Below, piece by piece: positions 1 through 8,864 of a DNA stretch of 64,000 bases. The DNA is taken from the NCBI GenBank assembly GCA_965240325.2, contig OZ251226.1, positions 2,170,001 to 2,234,000 of the forward strand. Reading direction: 5' to 3'. The position numbers and the translations under genes are program-made. Position 1 is the stretch's first letter; every line of letters starts with the position of its first letter. Below the pieces are notes generated by a model that saw only the letters and a program-made list of their open reading frames with translations, was not told the origin of the DNA and ran no database searches. The stretch comes from Rebecca billardiae RCC1528. Taxonomy: Eukaryota > Protista > Haptophyta.

Positions 1-315
1 GAGGCGCCAGACCGCCGGCGCAGTGTCGACCCGCAAGTCCAGCGCCGCGGCAGCGGAGCTCGGGGTGCTGGGGAGATCGGCTCATCCATCGTGCACATCT
101 CGCTGGACACCGCGACCGGGGTGCTCACGGCGCGCGCGGCCAGTCCGGCAAACGGCGCTGGCTCGATGGCCGGCGCTGGTGGCACGGCAATCGTCCAGCT
201 CGCGATCAACAACCACACAGGTGCACGCGCTGCTCCTGTGGCTGTGCAGCGCCGCGGCAGCTCCACCAACGTGGCACGGCCAGACGGCGTGGGCCGACGC
301 CGTGGGAGCACGTGA
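1..315 (+). CDS. Possible 3' end of a gene truncated by the window edge
   Basis: Frame 1 is open from base 1 to TGA at 313-315, followed by lower-GC spacer-like DNA. No recognisable domain. Confidence 0.3.
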   Translation, partial: EAPDRRRSVDPQVQRRGSGARGAGEIGSSIVHISLDTATGVLTARAASPANGAGSMAGAGGTAIVQLAINNHTGARAAPVAVQRRGSSTNVARPDGVGRRRGST

Positions 316-2129
316 ATCGTGACCTACACGCGCGTACAAGTTTTGCATATGCATGTCTACGGAGCAACCAAAGCTCGTCCAACCGATACGACGACGCCTC
401 GCGAACCTGTGGCTTTTCATTCGCGGATGATCGATGAGGCATCGTCATCGATCCGATCATCATCCTCTCGTCATCACAGTGCCTGACATCGCGTCGTCAT
501 CATTATCATGTGGTCCCTCGTCAGTGATGACTGCTAACAGTTAGTCATCAGCATTGTTTAATTAAGCAGCTACTCGGACGTACTCGCAGCGCATGTATCT
601 GAGTCGTCTATCTGATGAGCAGTCGTCGTCGTATCTGAGTCGCATGTATCGTCTGAGTCGTCTATATTAGATATAGAGAGCTAGAGAGAGAGAGACGAGT
701 CGGGCGGACGAGTGTCAGACGAGATAAATAAGTGAGAGAGCGCAGAGCTAGAGAGACGAGCTAGTCACGTCAACAGTAGCTTAGCTACTACTATGTACTA
801 GCTAGCCTCGGGGTAACGCATCAGTCAGCACGACGACGCGCGTGCAATATCGTCGCGAGGCATATCATGCAATATACGTACATGTATTTCAATAATAAAA
901 CAGGGCGGCGGCGACGAATCATCACTCTGCTGACTCGTGAAAGTGCATGACAGCTACAGCGTTTGCCGTAATTGCCGTTTCCGGAGCGTGCTATAGCGCT
1001 GAATATGGTATACGTACGTGTACGATATACATATATATGTGTGGGGTTATTGGTACAATAACTGCTTGTCTAAGAGGACGACAAGAACGCCGGGCGCCAG
1101 CGCCGCTCATCAGCCACATCGCCCTGTAACAGACCATCGCCTCAAAGGGCTGCTCCCGGACAAACAGTCTGTCCGGGTTTTTCTGCCGCCCAGGAGATCG
1201 GTTTCCGGCGCCGGCCTCTGCCGCCTGCTTCGCCAGGCGCGGCGTGCGAGGTGGCTCCAGCCAAGCTCGTCCTGCGTCGCAGGCGGCGGCGGCTCGCACG
1301 CGGGTGGCGCGTCGCGTGCACCGACCAACATATATATATTTAACGACGTGGTATGCAACGGGCAAGCGTCAGGCTCAGAGTGCAGCAGACACATAGAATG
1401 CGTCCGCGCCTTCCAACCAGGCCAGGCAGTGCGCCACCCGCATCCCTGCCCCCCTGAGGGAGCAGGGCCGGGATGGAGCACCGCCTCGGCCTGGGGCACG
1501 CGGCGGCGACGGCAGATGCCGCCGCGGCCGAGCGCCTTCCGGAGCACTTGGATGAGGGTGAGGTCGTAGTCAATGTCGTCGCCCGCCGACCTAGCGGCGA
1601 GCAGCTGCGGCAGACGGCAGCCGCGGCTGTCGCCCCCGTACGCCCGCGTGGGCGCCTGGCTGACGACGAGGTCGTTATCGGTCGTAGTGCGCGTCGCCGC
1701 GCGCCGGCCAAGCGGCGCGCATGTTGCAGAAGAGCCAAGAGGGGCTGGGAGAGTGAGCGCGCCGCCTAGTGCGCTCTGGGCGATGAAGCCCAGAGCGCAC
1801 TAGGCGGCCCGCTCACTATATATATATGCTGATTATTAGATGACAAATCGTCATATCATCAAATGTCGTCAGACAATATGCGCGCTACTGAGTATACTGT
1901 CATCTGCTCGGATGTCACTAGACACTAACGGATGGATGCCGCGCGACCATTGCTCCGCGCTGATGACGCCCGCATGACGATCGATGACGATGATTATTCA
2001 TCAGCACCAGCAGATGATCATTTGTATTGATGTCAACATCGCCATCAGCGCGCGCAGATGTAATATGCTGTTTGATGCTGATGACGATATATGCGCGGAT
2101 ATCTGCGTATAGCGCAGCATGATGTGCTA

Positions 2130-3677
2130 CTACGACACGCGCTGAGCGACACAATGAGCCATGGGCCGCCCGTCCTCAGCTTGCACGTTCTCATCCAGGT
2201 GAAGAAGGCTGAATCGGCACGCCGGCCGTGACAACTCCCCTGGCGGCTCTCCGGGCTGCTCCGATGCCGTCATCAACCCGGTGCCAAACGTGCGCTCCAG
2301 CTCGCCCCGCTCGAGGAGGTGCTTGTCCAAGCGCGGCTGGCGGCGGCCGACGAGCTCGGCGCCGCGGAGGAAGTGCGCGATAGCGACACTCCCGCCCTTC
2401 TCGACGTGCCCCGAGGCCCACGCGAGCAAGGGCCGGTGCAGGTACCGACCGAACAAGACGAGCCCGGCGCGGGGCAGCTGCTCCAGTGCGCACTCGCCTT
2501 CACTCGTCTCACAATCGAGGTGCATGCACACAACGCTCCCCGAGCGGGGGCCTGGGCTCAGTGCAGGCGAGAGCTGCTCGGCGGGGGCGGCCGCAGCGGC
2601 CGCTTCCCAGGCGCGATGCGCCGATGCAACGTCGGCGGCGCTGGTCGCCTCACACACGGGGACGTCCTCCGAGGCGGCGAGTGCGCGCACCCGCGCCAGC
2701 GCCGGCGCCTGCTCATCGAGCGCGATCACGTGCCAGCCGCGGATGGCGAGCGCGACGGCGTCGCGGCCCGAGCCGCAGCCAACGTCGATCGCGACGGCAG
2801 GCGGTGGAGGAAGCGGCGGCGCAAAGAGCTCAGGGCGCGCTTCCAGTAGCGGGGACGGCCGCCACGCCGGGGTCGAGCGGGAGCCGGATGCTGCGCTCGC
2901 CAGCAGGCGCGGCTGGTCGCAGTCATCGGCACCGTCGATGTCAGCGCGCGCGGAGAGCGAGGCTGCGGTGGTCCACAGGCTTTCGTCGTCGCAAGCAGCG
3001 GCGAGGACCACGCGCCCACGGCTTTGCATCCACAGCAACGCCGCCTCGAGCACGCTCGATCCCCCACGGCGTGCGCCCTCCTCCTCGGGCTCGCGAGCCT
3101 CTCCTGGCGCCAGCAGCAGGATTGGCTCAGCAGCCACTGGCAGCTGCGCGACGCGCCACTCGAAGTGCGCCCACGGCACGTTGCTCGCACCGCGCAGATG
3201 CTGCGCATCGAACGCCGCTCGATCGCGCAGGTCGACCAGCACGCGCGCTTCGCGCCTCTGCCACGCCTCTGCGAGCACCGGGCCGCTCACGATGCACCGG
3301 CTCACGAGCCCCGACAGCTCGAGCGCACACGCGGTGCCGAACGCGGCGAGCCGCCACGCGCGCTCCTCGGCCCGGCCAGAGCGAATGAAGCGCGGCGGCT
3401 GCCCCTCGGGCGATCGCTCCAGGTGGTGGCCCGCGACAAGCTCTCGGTCTCGTGACGCGCATGGCGCACACGTCAACTTGCCATCAGCACCCTCACAGAT
3501 GGCCGCGGCCGCCCCGGCGGTTGTGTCCGACCGCGCGAGCAGCACCCAAGCGGCACGCGTCTCGTCTCTCGCTCTGGGCAGCACGATGCCCGTCTGCGAC
3601 GCATCCAGCTCGCACAGGGTCGTCGAGCAGGAGGCGCATCGAACGGCCACTGCCGAGTCGAACACGGGCGGCGCCAT
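2130..3677 (-). CDS. Rhodanese-domain + class I SAM-dependent methyltransferase (TehB-like) protein with N-terminal CxxC...CxxC
   Basis: Rhodanese signature LVDLRDRAAFDAQHLRGASNVP and SAM-binding motif IDVGCGSGRDAVALAIRGWHVIALD. Start placed at the ATG of MAPPVF (3677), because the longer ORF-track start overlaps the divergent gene. Confidence 0.8.
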   Translation of the reverse strand: MAPPVFDSAVAVRCASCSTTLCELDASQTGIVLPRARDETRAAWVLLARSDTTAGAAAAICEGADGKLTCAPCASRDRELVAGHHLERSPEGQPPRFIRSGRAEERAWRLAAFGTACALELSGLVSRCIVSGPVLAEAWQRREARVLVDLRDRAAFDAQHLRGASNVPWAHFEWRVAQLPVAAEPILLLAPGEAREPEEEGARRGGSSVLEAALLWMQSRGRVVLAAACDDESLWTTAASLSARADIDGADDCDQPRLLASAASGSRSTPAWRPSPLLEARPELFAPPLPPPPAVAIDVGCGSGRDAVALAIRGWHVIALDEQAPALARVRALAASEDVPVCEATSAADVASAHRAWEAAAAAAPAEQLSPALSPGPRSGSVVCMHLDCETSEGECALEQLPRAGLVLFGRYLHRPLLAWASGHVEKGGSVAIAHFLRGAELVGRRQPRLDKHLLERGELERTFGTGLMTASEQPGEPPGELSRPACRFSLLHLDENVQAEDGRPMAHCVAQRVS

Positions 3678-3728
3678 GCTGATTGTGCTGCGGAGTTGGG
3701 CGACAGCTTTGCCTTCCGATCGTTCACG

Positions 3729-5096
3729 ATGGCGGCCGAGTACTCGCTCTTCGACGAGCTTGGCCTCTTCGAAGCAGGCTGTGCTGGTCCCAAGGCAACT
3801 TGCGCGGGGTTTGCGGCGCGCGTTGTCGCGTACGCTGCGTCGCATAATCGCACGAGGCGCGCTCTCGAGCACGCGTGCCCGCCCGTGCTGTCCTCACGCG
3901 CGCCGCGACGACGCGGGCCTTTGAGTGCTGAGCTCCAGCCCGTGCGCATCCTGCTGCTGAAGCCGGAAATACGCACCCGCGGGCTGGGCCATGTGTCGCG
4001 ACTGCTCCCATCCATGCTTCTCCTCGCGATGGCCACCGACCGGGCTCTCTTCTGGGACCTCGAGTACGCCATCGATCATACCCGCTTCATGGTCGGCTAC
4101 GGCGGCTTTGACGCGCACTTTGGCGGCCGAGCTGTGCGCACCGCGTGGCGCGCGTGCGGGCTGCGCGAGCACACGATCCAGGTGGAGAACGATGCAGAGA
4201 AGCTGCTTCGCAGACTCGACCAGGCCGGGCCCGCGCCCTGGATCACCCTGTCCGGGCTGCTGATGGACGTTCCCGGCGGGCCTGGGCTCAGCCCGGCCAA
4301 GGCGCCGCCGCTGTGGCCCAGTAGTGCACTCGCGGCTCAGAACATGACGCGGACGTCCTGGGCCAGATACTGGAAGCGGCTCGGGCAGGGCGTGTGCAGA
4401 AACTGCGCCCTGTTCGCCTCGCTCCGGCCCAAGCCCGAGCACCCTCTCTGGCACTGGCTCGCCCAGCCAGAACAGCTCGGCCAGCGGCGCGCACTGATCT
4501 GCTTCAAGTTCCGCACGCAGTACGTCGACGACCCCACCTGCTTCCCGCAGGACACGGCGCAGACGTGGGAGGCGATGGACGCGCTCTACAAGCATCAGCC
4601 ATGCACGCACATCGCGCAACGCCAGTCTCTGAAGCTGCCGGGCCAGCACCATGCCACCTCCCGCGAGGAGGTCCCACTCAGCGCACACTTTGCGCACCTG
4701 CGTGAGCTTGTTGAGCGCGCTCGAGCCGCCGCGCAGGTCGCGAGCCGCGCGTCGCAGCGGTCGCCGCCGCCTGAGCCGAAGGCGCTCATCCTGACGGACT
4801 CGCCGGCGCTGCACACGTTTCTTAGCGCCGAGCTCGCCCGCGCCGGCGTCTCGCAGCTCGACATGCCGGGGAAGGCCGTGCACCCGACCTCGCCCAAGAA
4901 GTTGGGCGGCGTGAAGCTGCTCGGCAAGGGGACCGACGTTGACCACGCGCGCGTCTTTGCCGACTTCTACGTGCAGCCCCTGTGCAACGCATCAGTTGTG
5001 CTCACCGCCTCTGCCTTCTACAGGGCCTCAGAAGACAGGCTGTCCCTGTGCCATGGGCCCGCACGCGCCCTCTGCTCGGTCCCAGCCACTGGCTGA
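3729..5096 (+). CDS. Putative fucosyltransferase-like glycosyltransferase (GT-B fold)
   Basis: RGLGHVSR...LLAMATDRALFWD resembles the GLGN...LLTxR motif of fucosyltransferases, with downstream LILTDSP and ADFY...ASAF. ATG at 3729. Confidence 0.55.
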   Translation: MAAEYSLFDELGLFEAGCAGPKATCAGFAARVVAYAASHNRTRRALEHACPPVLSSRAPRRRGPLSAELQPVRILLLKPEIRTRGLGHVSRLLPSMLLLAMATDRALFWDLEYAIDHTRFMVGYGGFDAHFGGRAVRTAWRACGLREHTIQVENDAEKLLRRLDQAGPAPWITLSGLLMDVPGGPGLSPAKAPPLWPSSALAAQNMTRTSWARYWKRLGQGVCRNCALFASLRPKPEHPLWHWLAQPEQLGQRRALICFKFRTQYVDDPTCFPQDTAQTWEAMDALYKHQPCTHIAQRQSLKLPGQHHATSREEVPLSAHFAHLRELVERARAAAQVASRASQRSPPPEPKALILTDSPALHTFLSAELARAGVSQLDMPGKAVHPTSPKKLGGVKLLGKGTDVDHARVFADFYVQPLCNASVVLTASAFYRASEDRLSLCHGPARALCSVPATG

Positions 5097-5876
5097 TCAT
5101 CAGCCAGCTGACGACTAACTCTGTCGACGACTACCGTCGGAGGCGTCGGATCATCATCCAATTTTTTTCCACATGTGACATATATGACCGCGTTCCGCGG
5201 TCCTTTTCTGCATAGAATCAACGCAGTTGGGGGCCCGCGGTGGCCGTGCAATCGCGCCTCTCCGCCGTAGTGGCAGTTCGCCAGTTGAAGTCGGTTCTGA
5301 GATGACTGAAGCTATTAGTCCGACCGTCGCCCTGCCTGCCTGCGCGACCGCGAGACTCATTCACACTTCACACAATCACAGCAGCGGACCTGAGACCGCA
5401 CCCGGCACCGGTCGTCAAATCGGACGTCCGTCTGACAACTAGCTGCCAAATGTCCAACTGGCTGATCAGCTCGGATCCGACCCGTCCGCGATCGTGCCAT
5501 CGGCATCGGAATTACTACTAGTAGCTGCCAAACTGTGTCCAACTCTGGCTGATCAGCTCGGATCCGACCCGTCCGCGATCGTGCCGAGTGAGTCGTGCCG
5601 CGGAGCTCGGAGTACTGAAGGAGTCGGGTGTGACAGCAGGGTGCTTTAGCGCTGCGGCCCGTGCCAGCCAACGACCAGACGTACTCTGGCCACTTGACCC
5701 GTTGCACGGGTGAGTGACCGTACGCCCTGCCCTAGTGCCTACCGCGCGCGACGCCGCGCGACTCGGGGTGATGGAGAACGGATGGCGACAGCAGCAGCAG
5801 TCCTCATGAAGACGATGAAACTGGCGGCACGGGTGCACGAGGTGGCAGGCGAAAGCGCGCCGACGAGACCGCATTT

Positions 5877-6568
5877 TGTTGAGCTGACGCAGCCTGGGGC
5901 GCGCATCTCAGCAGATGGCGTCGCCGCTGGGACGTCAGGGCCGGCGCCGCACCAGGCGGGCCGGCGGCATCAGCTACAGAGCAGTGGCTGGCTCTGGCGG
6001 CGCGCGCGCGCGGCGCGCGCGGTGGCAGGAGCGCGAGCGCAGCAGCGCTGGCGCGGATCGACGTGGACGCGGAGCGCGGACGCGGCAGCGCGGACGCGGA
6101 GCGACACGGACGCGGCGCGTGCGCGGGCGGTACGGCCCGGCGCAGCGCGGCACGGTGACGTCGCACGGGCATGGCCCGGCCGCCATCGTGGAAGCGTGTT
6201 GGAGTTCTCGAGAACGCAAACACGACCGTTTCATCCAGAAATTCATCACGGACGAGGACGTCCGGATTCAACCTGCACACGGATCCAGAAACCGTGTGCG
6301 ACCAGCAGTTACGGCGGTGCGTCGGGAACACCTGTGATTGGTTGACGCACGGGGCGTGCGGCTCGGAATCATTGAGATTCCCCGAGCCGGGCCAGCAAAC
6401 GCCGGGTCACCCCGCCGGAGCCGAAAAGAGCTCGGCGGGAGGTTACTTTTGCTCGTCCGAGGAGCGAGGGTCAGATTGCCTCGTGGGCGTCATCGTCGAC
6501 GCGCCCGGCTACGCGCCGGTGAGCTTTTAGCAGGGCTCGACACGCTCGGAGCTCGCGTTTACCCAATA
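5877..6568 (+). repeat. 5' LTR (TGTTG...CAATA)
   Basis: Direct repeat of 12203-12894. ORFs translated within the two copies are identical. Confidence 0.95.
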
Positions 6569-6854
6569 TGCATGCAGCGATCGGGAGGGATCGTACGCGC
6601 GGCGCTTTCTCATCGATCGCGCCGACGAGCACGAGCGCCGCGAGCACGCCGAGCGCCGGGCCGCGGCGGAACGCGCGGCGGCGGCGGCGGGGGCGAGGCA
6701 GGCGCCAAGCTACGCGCAGGCTGCCTCGGCGGGCGCGGGGAGTGGTTTAGCCACTCCGGGCGGCCCGACGGCGACCGGACCGGGTTCAGGTCCGGCGGCG
6801 GGCGGCGGATCCGGAATTTTTCCGGGTCCGGCGGCCGGTACACCCGGTCCGGGT

Positions 6855-8864
6855 GTGGGCACAGGCGGCGCAGCAGGTGCGCCGGCTGGGACTGACGGGG
6901 CGACGCCTGCGGGCGGCGCCGGCGTCGGCGCGGCGCCTACGGGCGGCGCCGGCGGGATCGGTGGCGCGGCGCCCGCGGGCGGCGCTGCCGTGACGCTCGA
7001 TCCGCGCGCGCGCGAGCTCTACCGCCGCGAGCGCGAGACCGAGGATCAGATGCATGAGCGGCAGGCGAGCGAGCACGCCATGCTGGACATTAAGCTCCGA
7101 CAGAGCGTGTTGGAGGCAGCGCCGGACGGCGACGAGGCGGACCCAGCCAAGTACGCCGGGGCGCAGTACGAGAAAGGGACGGCTTTCTTACGCACCGAGC
7201 TGCGGTCGTGGGTGACGGAGGCTGCGTGGCAGCACATCAACCGCCTCATGGAGACGCAGCCGGAGGTGCAGGAGGAGCGCGCGCGCCGGGGCGCACTTAC
7301 GCCGGGGCGCGAGTTTCTGTACCTGTGGAAGACGATCCTGCGCATGCGCAAGCCCGACGACATGCGGAAGTACATGTCGGTGCGGGCACGCTGGCACCGG
7401 ACGGTCCTGCCGGATTGCGGCAAGGACGGCGTCGGCGCCCTCGAGCTCTTCCAGGTGCTACAGCACAACCACGTGCTGCTGCAGGAGCTGAGTGACGCAG
7501 CGCCAGCGGCGGAGATGCTTGCGCGGCTCATCGAGTTCATTCCGTCGGTGGGCGCGGGCATCGAGATGCGGACTCGGTACGAGTCGAAGGACTACAGGAC
7601 CGTGACGAACTTCGACGTGCAGGAGCTCGTGCACGAGCTCAACGGCAAGTTCGAGGACTGGGACTTCTCCAAGGGCAAGCGGGTTGACCGCGGCGGCCCT
7701 GGGCGCCCAGGGGCGGGTGGCCGCACGCCAGGAGGCGGCGGCGCTACCCGCGCGCACCCAATCGACGGGCTCCGCCTGGCGCAGGCGGCGGCGGCGTCGG
7801 CGGGTGGCGGCGGCGGCGACACGACGTCGCCGGCTGGCCGTGGTGGCGGCGGCGGAGGTCGTGGCGGTGGCGGCGGCGGCACTGGCCGCGGCGCCGGCCG
7901 CGGAGGCCAGGACGACTCCGACGACGCGCACGGGCCGCGCTGCTACAAGTGCGGCGCCGTGGGGCATATCAAGCGTTACTGCCCGCAGGTGACGCAGGCT
8001 GATCGCGACTCGAACGCTGGCGATGACGCGGCGTCGACGCGGTCGGATCGCAGCCGTGGCTCACATCGGAGCGGCGGTGGCGGTGGCGGCGGCGGTGCGG
8101 GGGGCAGCACCCGCGCCGTGGTCGGGAATGGCAACGGCGGCGGCACGGTCCGCACGCAGGTCGCGTTCGCACCCGAGCAGGGTGACGAGCCCGACGGCGC
8201 CGTTGGTGGCGACGGTGACGCTGACGCCGGAGACGGCGGCGGCGCCGGCGCCGGACTCGGCTTGGCGCCTATTGGCGCGGCTATCGGCGGCAGGGCGCAG
8301 CGCGACGAGGACATCGAGATCGTCGCGGCGCGGGCGGCCGAGGCACGCGTGGCGCCGCCGGAGGACAACACGCGGGCGTTGGTGTTTGACACTGGCGCAC
8401 GGAAGAACATCGCCATGGCCGAGGATTTGACGAATCTTACCCCGGTGGACGGCGCATGTCAGATCGAGTGGGGGAACGGTGCGCGGGAGCGGGTCACTCA
8501 CCGCGGGACCCTGGTGGTCAAGCTTGCGGCGGACGACGACAGCGACAAGGTCCTCACGCTCGAGATCGAGGCGTGGGCGTCGCGGCGCGTCACGGCGCCG
8601 CTGCTGTCGGTCGAGCACTGCGCGGACGCAGGCATCGAGTTCCACTACTCGCAGCGCGGCAACACTGCGGACTTTACGGCGCTGGGAGGCGGCGTCGTGC
8701 AGCTGCCGCGCGATTCCACGCTGCGCGCCGAGATCGTACGGCGCCAGGTGGGGCCGGACGTCGGCGATGCGCCGACGGAGCCGCGCGCACGGCGCAGGGC
8801 GCCAGTGCGGCGCGTGGGCGCGGGGCGGGGGCGCGTTGGCGCTGCGCCGCCCCCAAACGCCTAA
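6855..8864 (+). CDS. gag: Copia gag-protease ORF
   Basis: Zinc knuckle CYKCGAVGHIKRYC and aspartic protease motif LVFDTGA. True start is uncertain: the frame is open back to 6531 and the first in-frame ATG is near 7050. Confidence 0.9.
   Translation: MGTGGAAGAPAGTDGATPAGGAGVGAAPTGGAGGIGGAAPAGGAAVTLDPRARELYRRERETEDQMHERQASEHAMLDIKLRQSVLEAAPDGDEADPAKYAGAQYEKGTAFLRTELRSWVTEAAWQHINRLMETQPEVQEERARRGALTPGREFLYLWKTILRMRKPDDMRKYMSVRARWHRTVLPDCGKDGVGALELFQVLQHNHVLLQELSDAAPAAEMLARLIEFIPSVGAGIEMRTRYESKDYRTVTNFDVQELVHELNGKFEDWDFSKGKRVDRGGPGRPGAGGRTPGGGGATRAHPIDGLRLAQAAAASAGGGGGDTTSPAGRGGGGGGRGGGGGGTGRGAGRGGQDDSDDAHGPRCYKCGAVGHIKRYCPQVTQADRDSNAGDDAASTRSDRSRGSHRSGGGGGGGGAGGSTRAVVGNGNGGGTVRTQVAFAPEQGDEPDGAVGGDGDADAGDGGGAGAGLGLAPIGAAIGGRAQRDEDIEIVAARAAEARVAPPEDNTRALVFDTGARKNIAMAEDLTNLTPVDGACQIEWGNGARERVTHRGTLVVKLAADDDSDKVLTLEIEAWASRRVTAPLLSVEHCADAGIEFHYSQRGNTADFTALGGGVVQLPRDSTLRAEIVRRQVGPDVGDAPTEPRARRRAPVRRVGAGRGRVGAAPPPNA
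8852..8858 (+). promoter_or_regulatory. Putative -1 ribosomal frameshift heptamer C CCA AAC
   Basis: Fits X XXY YYZ in the gag-pro frame, one codon before its TAA. The pol ORF is in the -1 frame. Confidence 0.65.

Noticed and set aside
947-1803. Cluster of short overlapping ORFs
   Set aside because: No frame has a recognisable motif, so no gene model can be supported.
2281-3924. Long antisense or alternate-frame ORFs (also 13882-15816, 13938-15389, 56080-57603, 57651-59471)
   Set aside because: These are Ala/Arg/Ser-rich shadows of real genes, caused by stop-codon scarcity at high GC.
8456-8851. N-terminal part of the 1236-aa pol ORF
   Set aside because: It overlaps the protease in another frame and is low-complexity. 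The heptamer at 8852 explains entry into pol better.
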